A stretch of DNA of 64,000 bases from Myxococcota bacterium (GTDB lineage: Bacteria > Myxococcota_A > UBA796). This document shows, piece after piece, positions 1 through 8,139 of the stretch. The position numbers were made by a program, and so were the translations under genes. The notes below the pieces were generated by a model, which was not told the origin of the DNA, made no database searches, and worked only from the letters and a program-made list of their open reading frames with translations. Each line of letters starts with the position of its first letter. Position 1 is the first letter of the stretch. The stretch covers positions 1,736 to 65,735 of the forward strand of contig JAQXDW010000052.1 of assembly GCA_029251165.1 (NCBI GenBank). The letters run 5' to 3'.

Positions 1-566
1 TCCTCCAGCTCCATGTCCGGCCAGTCATACGTCGGGGACCACCGCTCATACAGGGTCCGGAGGCCGGCGAAGTCATCCTTGGCAAAGCGAGCTGCGGCCC
101 CCGGCAGTCGCAGCGTCAGGAAGTGCCGGACTGCCCAGACGAAGCGGGGCCGGGGCCTGACCGTTGCGGGGTGTGGGATAGCGACTGCGACGAGGGCCCG
201 GATCCGCTCGGGGTGGCGTGCTGCCGCAGAATAGGCTGCCCCGGCCCCCCAATCATGTCCCACCACGATCGCCGATGCTTCGCCCAGGGAATCGATCAGT
301 GAGATGACGTCATCGCCGAGTGTGTCTGCGTCGTAGCGTCCGTCTGTCGGGACCGCGGTCGGCGCGTAGCCGCGGGTGTACGGCGCCACCACGCGGTATC
401 CGTCTGCGGCCAGCGCTGGCCCCACACAATCCCAGGTTCGGGCGGTGTCGGGGAAGCCGTGTACAAGGAGGAGCAGCGGGCCTTCTGTTCCCCACTGGAG
501 GTACGCGAAGTCCAGGCCACGCGCGTGGACAATTTGGGTGTCGGGTGGGGGGCTGTAGCTACGCAT
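1..566 (-). CDS. alpha/beta-fold hydrolase (epoxide-hydrolase-like); C-terminus cut by window edge
   Basis: Own translation of the minus strand from ATG at 566-564: MRSYSPPPDTQIVHARGLDFAYLQWGTEGPLLLLVHGFPDTARTW...EASAIVVGHDWGAGAAY. It has an HGFP oxyanion motif and a GHDWG nucleophile elbow. Absent from the ORF track because it has no stop inside the window. Confidence 0.8.
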   Translation of the reverse strand, partial: MRSYSPPPDTQIVHARGLDFAYLQWGTEGPLLLLVHGFPDTARTWDCVGPALAADGYRVVAPYTRGYAPTAVPTDGRYDADTLGDDVISLIDSLGEASAIVVGHDWGAGAAYSAAARHPERIRALVAVAIPHPATVRPRPRFVWAVRHFLTLRLPGAAARFAKDDFAGLRTLYERWSPTYDWPDMELE

Positions 567-916
567 TATCGGCGTCTATCCTTCCAGCAGAGAGGCGGAC
601 CAGTTCGACGGACTTCGTGCCGACTCGGTGCATCACAACCGTGCCAACCGGGTCATGAAAATTTGATCCTGAAGAGTGGCGTCTCCATTCGGAGATGTCG
701 CTCTTCAGATGGGGTGAGAGACAGGATGGGAACACGCAGATGAAGAAAGAGCGATGGGAAACAGCGGAGCCTGTCGGAGGCTGTTTCTGCATGTCGAAAA
801 CACCATTCCCGGTTCAAGACGCAGGGCATAGGCGGTCTGCGCCATGGTAAATGGCCTGTCGAGGTGTTCCCATCCTTCCACGCGGCCTCCTTCAGTCTGT
901 CGAGCGTGGGGCAGCA

Positions 917-1594
917 TCAGCGGTCGTGCTGCAGGCCGACCCGGCCATGGCCGTCCGCTGGGCTGGTCGGTTCGGCGGGATCGAGCTGCACGGTGAAGAC
1001 GGTCGCGAAGCTGAACCCGGCGACCTGCCAGAACCACACGCTGCTTGCCAGGAAGCCCACACCGAGTCCTAGCAGCCCAAGGAGTGACAATGCCATTGCA
1101 CATAGGGCGATGCTCCAGGCGTGCCAGTAGGCGCGTCCGCCCTCGAAGACTCGACGCAGCGCCCTCAGCGGGTTGAAGATCTCCGCCGGATCGAAGGCCT
1201 TGCAGTAGTGGGTCATGTACCCGGGAATCGCGATCACCGCGCCGAGCCACAGAAGGACTCCCGCCACCAGCAGGGCGTCGACGTCCAGCCACAGTCCGGC
1301 GAGCATGAGACTCAGCCCAGGGGCGCCGTAGAACGCCATGCCGGTGAAGGTCACCGCGCCGTGCCACATCAGCGCGCGGGGGTTCTCCCAGGCGGGCCAG
1401 GCCGGACGGCCGGCGTGCATGTTGTGCACCATCTGAATGCGATGTCCCATGTTCAGAAGCCAGCCAAGGACCGGCACCAGGAGCCACATGGCACCGATCA
1501 ACACCTCTCGCCTGGCCTGCGCGTCCTGGAGTGGAAAGGAGAACGAACTCCGCAGCGAGAGCGGCGTCGCCAGAGTGATTCGCTGCTGGGACAT
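917..1594 (-). CDS. polytopic membrane protein (DUF4013-like)
   Basis: ORF 917..1699(-). I prefer the internal start MSQQRITLATPL at 1594. Several hydrophobic helices (LIGAMWLLVPVLGWLL, LLVAGVLLWLGAVIAIPGY, LCAMALSLLGLLGLGVGFLA) and high GC3. Confidence 0.6.
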   Translation of the reverse strand: MSQQRITLATPLSLRSSFSFPLQDAQARREVLIGAMWLLVPVLGWLLNMGHRIQMVHNMHAGRPAWPAWENPRALMWHGAVTFTGMAFYGAPGLSLMLAGLWLDVDALLVAGVLLWLGAVIAIPGYMTHYCKAFDPAEIFNPLRALRRVFEGGRAYWHAWSIALCAMALSLLGLLGLGVGFLASSVWFWQVAGFSFATVFTVQLDPAEPTSPADGHGRVGLQHDR

Positions 1595-2000
1595 TGGGAG
1601 GCCTGCCTCGTGGATGGACTGGGGAGCAGGGTGGTTCCGCCTGTGCACCACGCCCCGACTACTGGCTACCTTTGCATAAAGCATCGTGCTCACGCTCACG
1701 CGACCCGTTCGCGGTCACCAGATCACGCCAGATGCTTCGCATGAGACGTCGGGGTCTCGCACGACACCATCGATGCGGTTCAGCGGGCGACTGCGGCGAT
1801 TGCCAACCAAGCGTAGGAACAGGAAACGTCAGGGCCTCGGGCGCCTCAATCGATGTCCGACACATCGCCCGGCATCCCGTAGGCCTCACGCGGGAAAGCT
1901 ACTGAAAGCCAGCAATGGAACGCACGGCGCTATCACGGTGTCGTCAGATTGAACCCGAACGGCCGGAGCGGCCCATGAAACCGAGCCTTGGGGGATCTGA

Positions 2001-2405
2001 ATGGCCCGATCGCAGCGCATGAGACTCGAGGGGTTACCCGCCGCGCTTCTGCTGGTGCTGTCTGGATGTGCCAAGGCCCCGGTCGCGACGGGGCCGAGCC
2101 TCGCGCCTGCGCACAACGTCTATCTCCGGACTTCGTTCGACACCGACCCTTCTGACTACCTGAGCCGGTTCCTTCCGCAGAATCTTTCTGAGCTCGACGA
2201 GTCCAGCGGCATGACACTTGCTTGCTCCAAACACATCACCTGGCGATTCATCGACGGGGATGGCGTCCAGACCGTGGAGGTGCTTCACGCGTCCTCAAGC
2301 AGTCGGACCCGCCTTGGTACATCGCTTGTGGAGGATGCCGCGGCTGGCTCGAGTCACGCTCGCGCCGTTCGTGTGGACTACACCCTCACCGGCAAGAGTG
2401 GGTAA
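2001..2405 (+). CDS. small lipoprotein, hypothetical; its stop codon lies inside repeat copy A
   Basis: Signal peptide plus lipobox (LLLVLSGC). Good GC3 bias. The TAA stop at 2403-2405 is inside the conserved GGGTAAGTCG start of the repeat, so the 3' end may have been replaced. Confidence 0.6.
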   Translation: MARSQRMRLEGLPAALLLVLSGCAKAPVATGPSLAPAHNVYLRTSFDTDPSDYLSRFLPQNLSELDESSGMTLACSKHITWRFIDGDGVQTVEVLHASSSSRTRLGTSLVEDAAAGSSHARAVRVDYTLTGKSG

Positions 2406-2600
2406 GTCGAACAAGCAGCGTTTTTCCCAGCTGCATCCCGTCTGACGCCGTGCTGGTGGGCAGTCTCGGGCAGCAAAATGTCGCCCGCCCTCCAAGGGCT
2501 CTGCTCGCGCTTTTCAAGCCGATCCAATTCTGCCCGTATATCTTCTTCCAAATACAGCTATCGCTGACCCTGGATGAGCTTCAGTGCCGCTCGATGCCAG
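2400..2600 (+). repeat. repeat family copy A (about 200 bp; IS91-like end-associated element)
   Basis: gggtaagtcgaacaagcagcgttttt...cttttcaagccgatccaattctgccc...gctatcgctgac...ctcgatgccag aligns along its length with 5029-5244, and at its 5' part with 7306-7368. Confidence 0.85.
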
Positions 2601-2810
2601 ACGAGTACCCCTCCAATCCTTCTACGGCCTGATGGCCGGTGCCCTGGAGCTGGACGACGAAGACGGAGGGCTGCGGGTGCGCACCGGGGTGGACTTCGGC
2701 GGCGGTCCGGCCACGGTGGAGGCGCTGTCCTGGGCTATGGACCTCAACCTCGGCCTCCGAGATGCCGCGACGCCCCTGTTTGCCGGGCTGTGTGGCTGAC
2801 CACGCCAGGC

Positions 2811-4979
2811 TCAGAAGGTCACGGTCTCCAGCGACCAGACCATCCCCTCACCCAGCACACTCACCGCCGCCTCATTGCCGCTCACAGCCGCAATGCGCTC
2901 GACCACGCCGCTGCTCAGCGCCACACAGCTCGTCTTGCTGTCTTGGAGTCTGCAGAGCTGCGCGACCGTCGTGCCGTACCGCGCCCAGAACAGCACGCCG
3001 TCCTCGCTCCACACCGGGCGGACATGAGGCAGCGGGGACTCATCGTCGATCACCACAAGCGACGACCATCCCCCAGCCTCTCGACGGGTCATCATCAGCG
3101 AGGTGCCTTCGTCTTCACTGAACCCGATCATCGCCAGCTTCCCGTCGTCTGCCGACAGCCACAGCGCGGCATGTTCCATGCGTCCGTATGTCTCAGTCAG
3201 GGCGTCGTTGGCGGAGGTCCATGCCAGCAGCCAGCTCCACGAGCCGTCCTCCTGAAGGCTGATCCGCTGAAGCTCAATGTGGCGGGTGTACCGGTTCTCC
3301 GGCGGGGTGTCGCCCCGGGCGTAGGCCAGCCACATCGATCCGCTGGTGGACTGCAGCGAGGGCTCGATGGCGTAGGCGTTCTCGGAGTGGGTCTCGAAGA
3401 GCTCCCAGTCCTGGCCGTTCCAGGACGCCAGGGTGATCTGGGTGTTGGTGCCGAGGTTGATGTTCTCGGTGACCAGCAGGTCAGACACCGCCACCACCAG
3501 CCGCCCGTCTTCAGCCTCGCTCAGCGCGGGCTGGGTGTCGGAGTGGAGGCGGGCGAGCGGGAAGCCGATGTCGGTCCAGTCCGATGACCCCGGAGCCTGA
3601 TGCACGCAGCGCAGCTCCCATGGGTAGTACTCCGCACCCTCCGGCAGCTCCAGCTGTCGCCAGCAGGCGTAGGTGTCGTCGGTGCTGGTGACGAGGACAG
3701 CCGGCGCCTCCATGGCGAAGACCTCCGGAGAATCAAACACATGGTCGTCGATCACGATCTCGCTGCGACGGGTGGGGTCCGAGCGCCACTGCTGGTACGC
3801 CAGGCGGCCATCGCTGCTCGACGGCGCGGCGATGCCGCTGCGCTGGGCCGGACCCTCATCCTCCAGGCTCAGCAGCGACGACAGGATCAGTCCGTCGCTG
3901 TATGGGCTCTCCACCCCCATCAGCCAGGCGAGGGTCTGGTGGACATCCTCCAGGGTCGCGGGCTCCTCGGTGACGGCACCGGCCTCGACTCCCGGGCCGA
4001 TGATCAGGAGCGGGATCTCACGGCAGCCGCTGCAGTCGTCTCCGTGGCCGGTCCAGACCGGGTCCACGAGGTCGTACCGGTGCCGACCATGATCGGCTGT
4101 GACGACCATCACCGTGTCGTCCTTCATGCCGCTCTCGTCGCTCTGGATCCACAGCCAGAGGCTCAGGATCCGCTCATCGACGTTGGCGACGGCGTCGGCG
4201 TAGTCCTCTGGATCGTTGTGCGCGGTCCGGTCGATGTTGTGGAGGTTTGCGACCACAAACCGTGCCCCGCCTTCCAGCGCGGTCCTCACATCGTCGACGA
4301 CCTCGGAGTCGCTGTTGGAGGGGGTGACACCGTCAGCCTGGGTGAGGACGTTGTACACCGTGCCGTAGCTCTCGCCGTAGCCGGGGTGCATGCTGTAGTC
4401 GAGGCTGATGAGGTTGACGGTGTTGCCGATCAGCGCCACGGACGACGTGTCCAGTCCCTCCTGTTTGCGGATCAGCTCAAAGAACGTTGGAAGCTCCGGC
4501 CGATACAAGCTCGCGCCCTTGCCTTCCTGCACAGCGGGCGAGCCATAGTGGCGGCGGCGGCCCTGGAGGAGGGTGGCGTGCGCGGGCATCGTGATCGTGA
4601 CCCCGGTGCTGAAGGCGGGCACGCTGCTGCCCCCGCGCGGAAGCAGCTCAGCCTGGATCGCGCTGAGGACCTCCTCGCTGCTGCCGTCATAAGCATCGGA
4701 GAAGCCGTCGGTTGTCTGCCCGTAGCCCAGCGACTCCTCCACCCGGGTCCCGTCCAGGACCAGCACGACCGCCCGAGAGGCGACGCCGGGCTCTGCGGAC
4801 TGCTCTTCAGCATCAAAGGCCGAGCCATCATCCGGTGGCACTTCTTTGTCCCGGTTGCAGGCGGTGAGGAGAAGGGCTCCGAGAAGGAGGGGTGTATGCA
4901 AAGCATTTCTCTTCTGATAAAGAGCAGAGAAGGTCTGCTCTTGAGAATGAAGGATGGTTTGTGCTCGTCGAAACGTCAA
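2811..4979 (-). CDS. alkaline-phosphatase-superfamily lipoprotein (type I phosphodiesterase/nucleotide pyrophosphatase-like) with a large C-terminal beta-rich domain
   Basis: 722-aa ORF. Lipobox LLLTAC. AP-superfamily motifs VVLVLDGTR, TMPAHATLLQG, NLHNIDRTAHND, VVTADHGRH. The C-terminal ~330 aa is uncharacterised and rich in W/S/D (propeller-like). Confidence 0.8.
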   Translation of the reverse strand: MTFRRAQTILHSQEQTFSALYQKRNALHTPLLLGALLLTACNRDKEVPPDDGSAFDAEEQSAEPGVASRAVVLVLDGTRVEESLGYGQTTDGFSDAYDGSSEEVLSAIQAELLPRGGSSVPAFSTGVTITMPAHATLLQGRRRHYGSPAVQEGKGASLYRPELPTFFELIRKQEGLDTSSVALIGNTVNLISLDYSMHPGYGESYGTVYNVLTQADGVTPSNSDSEVVDDVRTALEGGARFVVANLHNIDRTAHNDPEDYADAVANVDERILSLWLWIQSDESGMKDDTVMVVTADHGRHRYDLVDPVWTGHGDDCSGCREIPLLIIGPGVEAGAVTEEPATLEDVHQTLAWLMGVESPYSDGLILSSLLSLEDEGPAQRSGIAAPSSSDGRLAYQQWRSDPTRRSEIVIDDHVFDSPEVFAMEAPAVLVTSTDDTYACWRQLELPEGAEYYPWELRCVHQAPGSSDWTDIGFPLARLHSDTQPALSEAEDGRLVVAVSDLLVTENINLGTNTQITLASWNGQDWELFETHSENAYAIEPSLQSTSGSMWLAYARGDTPPENRYTRHIELQRISLQEDGSWSWLLAWTSANDALTETYGRMEHAALWLSADDGKLAMIGFSEDEGTSLMMTRREAGGWSSLVVIDDESPLPHVRPVWSEDGVLFWARYGTTVAQLCRLQDSKTSCVALSSGVVERIAAVSGNEAAVSVLGEGMVWSLETVTF

Positions 4980-5028
4980 CGCCTGATTTCCAGGTCCCCT
5001 TCATAACTTACCCACATTAAGCGGGTGC

Positions 5029-5244
5029 GGGTAAGTCGTTCAAGCGGCTTTTTTCGGATCCAGGCTCGGTCCGAAGCCTTGCTCCACAACGGGTACTGGT
5101 GGGGGTTGTCGGGTAGGAAAATGGCGCCCAGCTCCCCAGGCACCCCGCTCTCGCTTTTCAAGCCGGTCCAATACTGCCCTCATATCAGCCTAAAAACAGA
5201 GCTATCGCTGACTCTGACTGAGGTTCAGCGTCACTCGATGCCAG
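5029..5244 (+). repeat. repeat family copy B (longest copy; abuts the transposase remnant)
   Basis: gggtaagtcgttcaagcggcttttttcggatccaggctcggtccgaagcc...ctcgatgccag. Relative to copies A and C it carries a ~14-nt insertion (CTCCACAACGGGTA) within ...gcc(g/t)tgctggtggg. Confidence 0.85.
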
Positions 5245-5504
5245 GTGCTCCACACCGGGTGCGACCCCCTCCAAGCCCGTTGTGGAGCAATTCCAGTCCG
5301 ATGGATTCAAGGCGCGAAGAAGTCTGCTGGTGAGCCTGAAAGCGGCCCTGCCTCGTGAGGGAGCAAACACGATCACGTTCGCCACCCGACCCATTCGCAT
5401 CAGCTCCCGCTGAGCACTCACCGGATCGACACCCCGTTGTGGAGCAATGGTCAACCAGCCAGATTCGAGCGCCGCAGGCCGGACACGCACCCGTTGTGGA
5501 GCAA
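5079..5504. repeat. dispersed exact 15-mer CCCGTTGTGGAGCAA (3 direct, 1 inverted, 1 near-copy inverted)
   Basis: Direct copies at 5276-5290, 5433-5447 and 5490-5504. Exact reverse complement at 5079-5093. Near copy (GCTCCACACCGGG) at 5247-5259, which forms a 12/13-bp hairpin with 5276-5288. Confidence 0.95.
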
Positions 5505-5770
5505 CACATCTCGGCCAAATACCCGGTACAGCAGGTCCTTCCAGGGAACCAACCACGAAGTGAGCGCTCATCGTATCCAAGAGGCTTCTTGCTCTGCTTG
5601 CGCTCCCGGGCCTTTTTCTGACGCCGCACCCCATCCGGAACAATGAGAGCCCTCCATTTCGCAGCCGAAGCAAACACTCCATGGTAATGCACCATATTCT
5701 TCATCGGAGAAGGAACAATGGCTGTAGCAGAGCTTGTCGGCATCGACCTCGATGGCAACACTCAAGGCAG
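5231..5770 (-). pseudogene. IS91-family (Y2/rolling-circle) transposase, C-terminal fragment with frameshifts
   Basis: The minus strand encodes AIVPSPMKNMVHYHGVFASAAKWRALIVP, matching the IPPPR-H-x-(V/I)RYHG-x-(L/F)A motif near the C-terminus of IS91-type transposases. Then, in shifted frames, PWKDLLYRVFGRDVL, CPACGARIWLV and IGLELLHNGL (zinc-ribbon and ILxHLGL-like tail). It lacks the N-terminal two thirds. Confidence 0.55.
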
Positions 5771-5827
5771 CGGCTGGCAGAGAATAAAAGAGGAACATCT
5801 GGGTGGCTCCAGCAAGCGGAGCTGCGC

Positions 5828-6958
5828 TCAGCGAATCCACGTGGTGGCAAGCTCGTTGAGGCCCGTTCCGCCGTTGTTTGTGCGCTGGTGGAAGTAGAAA
5901 CCAGCGGACTGACGGATCCAGTGCACCCCGGTGGTGCTGCCACAAGCCATGTACATCTCGGGCCAGCCCGTCACCACTTCGCTGACGGGACAGGTGGGCT
6001 CCGCCCAGTCCCAGTCACTCCACTTCGCGCCGTTGTGCCACGTGCCCGTGGTGGAGCGCAGGGCCTCGACAGCGGACGAGTCTACAGACAAGGTGTACTG
6101 CGTGAGCTCATAGAAGGTATAGCCCGTCCGAAGCATGACCTCGTCCCCCGCCGAGGCAATGCGGGTGACCCGCTCCGGAGACAAGTAGGAGCAGGCTGTG
6201 CCGTCCGTCACCGTGTCCTGGATGGTGCCCTGACTGCAGGTTCCGAGCAGGGAGATGAGCGCCCAGCCGCCCCCCTCGTAGCTCATGCTGCAGTACAGCT
6301 CGAATGCTTCCCCTCCGTCGGGATTGACCCAGTACTCGCCGTCTGAATCGAAGACGCCCTCGTCGCGAATCTCCAGACAGCTGGTCGCCGGGTTGGCGGC
6401 CGTTCCGAGCGGATCACAGTCAGGCGAGCCGTCGCAGTCGCTGTCGTCGCAGTCGGTCGCGCCGTCGTCGTCGTTGTCGATTCCATCGGAGCAATTTTCT
6501 TCTGCTTCGTCTTCTTCGCAGCCTTCGAAGCCTTCACAGCCCTCGTCGTCGCAGTCGATCGCGCCGTCGTCGTCGTTGTCGAGGCCGTCGTCACACTCGC
6601 CGGGGTCATCGCCTTCGTAGTCGACGCCCGCGCACGCCTCGTCACTGGCACAGTCGGGGTCGTCACAGTCAAACAGACCATCCCGGTCGTTGTCGGCGCC
6701 GTCGCTGCACCCGCCTGGCGTGTTGGCTTCCGAGCAGTCGGGCGAGCCAGCGCAGTCGCTGTCGTTGCAGTCGAAGTCGCCGTCGCCGTCGTTGTCAGCG
6801 CCATCCGTACACTCACCAGGGTTGAGCCCCTCGCTTGGGAGCGGCTCATCGGTCGGGTCATCCTGACCACTGCTGTCTGACTTCTCCTCACCGCAACCTG
6901 CCAGCACTCCGAGGGAGAGGCCAAGGAAAATCGCGAGGGAGCGTGCGCAAAGATTCAT
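5828..6958 (-). CDS. lipoprotein with Cys-rich DG-x-DND repeats and a C-terminal fibrinogen-related (FReD-like) domain
   Basis: ORF 5828..7039(-). Preferred start MNLCARSLAIFLGLSLGVLAGC at 6958 (lipobox). Five repeats of C-x-DG-x-DND-x-DG-x-x-DC-x-D-x-DC. C-terminus GEYWVNPDGGEAFELYCSMSYEGGGWALI resembles the fibrinogen C-domain core. Confidence 0.85.
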   Translation of the reverse strand: MNLCARSLAIFLGLSLGVLAGCGEEKSDSSGQDDPTDEPLPSEGLNPGECTDGADNDGDGDFDCNDSDCAGSPDCSEANTPGGCSDGADNDRDGLFDCDDPDCASDEACAGVDYEGDDPGECDDGLDNDDDGAIDCDDEGCEGFEGCEEDEAEENCSDGIDNDDDGATDCDDSDCDGSPDCDPLGTAANPATSCLEIRDEGVFDSDGEYWVNPDGGEAFELYCSMSYEGGGWALISLLGTCSQGTIQDTVTDGTACSYLSPERVTRIASAGDEVMLRTGYTFYELTQYTLSVDSSAVEALRSTTGTWHNGAKWSDWDWAEPTCPVSEVVTGWPEMYMACGSTTGVHWIRQSAGFYFHQRTNNGGTGLNELATTWIR

Positions 6959-7305
6959 GGGCTGGTCCGAGAGAGTCAGAGGCGAAGGGAAGACTTGGGA
7001 TCCGATTTGGACCATGGTTTTCAGCGAAGTTTTTATCATGCAAGCAGACCCAATGACAGGAAATTCAGGCGAGCATGAAGACGCTCAGCGCGGCAAGAGA
7101 CCATTGCGGAGGAACGCTTGATACAGGCGTCGATCAGGCGTGTGAGCCGGTCTGACAGGAATTTCTGAAGCCGCTTTACCCCGATCCTCCCACCCCACTT
7201 TCTCCCAGCGTTCTTGTCAGGCGTGTGCTCACTTGGCCGGAAGCTCATTGTCTATTTTCAACGTTAAGGACGTCTGTTCAACACACAGACGCGCGGTCCG
7301 AACGC

Positions 7306-7368
7306 GGGTAAGTCGTTCAAGCGGCTTTTTTCGTCTCCAGGCCCGGTCCGAGGCCGTGCTGGTGGGGT
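7306..7368 (+). repeat. repeat family copy C (5' ~63 bp only)
   Basis: gggtaagtcgttcaagcggcttttttcgtctccaggcccggtccgaggccgtgctggtgggg. Nearly identical to the first part of copy B, then diverges. Confidence 0.85.
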
Positions 7369-7454
7369 TTCCAGAAGCCGTTATTCAAGGTGGAAAACAC
7401 CGCTTCATGGTGGTTGTGAGAGTGGAGCCAGTTCCGTTGAGTGCCGTGTAGATT

Positions 7455-7494
7455 CGTCACAGCTGGAGCAGTCGCGTCACACTTCGCGTCACAC
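7455..7494 (+). promoter_or_regulatory. three direct CGTCACA repeats (two as CGCGTCACAC with 12-bp period) just upstream of the HTH gene
   Basis: CGTCACA at 7455-7461, 7475-7481 and 7487-7493. ATG of the HTH ORF is at 7506. Candidate operator or arm-type sites. Confidence 0.45.
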
Positions 7495-7505
7495 GGGTCG
7501 GCTCT

Positions 7506-7985
7506 ATGAACGCTGGGGACCTGCTCACCGTGTCACAGACCGCCGCTGAGATCGTAGTGAGCGAGAATACCCTTCGACGTACGGAGCAGAAGGGCTGGGT
7601 CACGCTCGAGCGACGCCCTTGGGGCAACCGACAGCCGATGCGGCTCTCGCGCAAGAATGTCACGGGCTGCGGCCTGATCGCCCGCAAGTATCTATTCTTG
7701 AACGATGATTATCACGCCTTCGATGATATCCATTATCCCTGCAGGATCTTTTCCCCCGAAGATCCGCGACAGACCTCTAAAGATACTCGCCAAGCCCTTA
7801 AGCCAGTCGACAGGGTTGTGGACCGCTCCGAGGCCACCAAAGGCTGCCGCGGCGAGAAGGGGGTCCTTGCCATCTACGAACCTTGCCCGCAGTACACCGC
7901 GCAGTTCGTCATTAGTAATGTTGGGTCGCTCTGCCTTGCACCTCTGTGCGTAGGCAAGAACTTCGGGTTGCGAGACAGACATTAA
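7506..7985 (+). CDS. excisionase/MerR-like helix-turn-helix protein (only the N-terminal ~60 aa looks domain-like; 3' extent doubtful)
   Basis: MNAGDLLTVSQTAAEIVVSENTLRRTEQKGWVTLERRPWGNRQPMRLSRKNV resembles Xis/AlpA-type HTH. From ~7690 onward it overlaps a more protein-like antisense ORF. Confidence 0.4.
   Translation: MNAGDLLTVSQTAAEIVVSENTLRRTEQKGWVTLERRPWGNRQPMRLSRKNVTGCGLIARKYLFLNDDYHAFDDIHYPCRIFSPEDPRQTSKDTRQALKPVDRVVDRSEATKGCRGEKGVLAIYEPCPQYTAQFVISNVGSLCLAPLCVGKNFGLRDRH
7692..7982 (-). CDS. hypothetical small protein in low-GC islet
   Basis: Internal start MSVSQPEVLAYAQRCKAERPNITNDELRGVLRARFVDGKDPLL... at 7982, with GGTGAT upstream. Local GC is much lower than the window. No recognisable motif. 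Confidence 0.45.
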   Translation of the reverse strand: MSVSQPEVLAYAQRCKAERPNITNDELRGVLRARFVDGKDPLLAAAAFGGLGAVHNPVDWLKGLASIFRGLSRIFGGKDPAGIMDIIEGVIIIVQE

Positions 7986-8139
7986 ATCACCAGCAGCACG
8001 AGATTGGCGTCGATTAGAGCATACTGAACGATATCGAAGCAACATCCACGCCCCGTGACACGGACTGCTGGATGACCTGCAAAGCCTACTAAGGCAGAAG
8101 GTTATTTCCAAGAAGAAGAAGTAGGGTAATCACGCCAAG

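Noticed and set aside
559-792. Small minus-strand ORF ending in AATGCGTAG, overlapping the hydrolase start.
   Set aside because: GC3 bias is only moderate, there is no recognisable motif and the start is uncertain. The overlap geometry alone is insufficient.
5025-5333. Plus-strand ORFs across the repeat copies (2222-2632, 5025-5333, 7233-7451) that share VSRSSGFFR.QARSEA peptides.
   Set aside because: The shared peptides follow from nucleotide identity of the repeats. Substitutions between copies show no third-position periodicity, so the conservation looks non-coding.
7036-7248. 70-aa minus-strand ORF upstream of the fibrinogen-domain gene.
   Set aside because: No codon bias and no RBS. 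It lies in what looks like the promoter/5' region between the gene and repeat copy C.
2400-7368. The three direct repeats considered as integron attC sites bounding gene cassettes.
   Set aside because: No intI-type integrase or attI in the window. I could not find the R''/L''-L'/R' inverted core sites (RYYYAAC...GTTRRRY). The adjacent IS91-type transposase remnant gives a simpler explanation.
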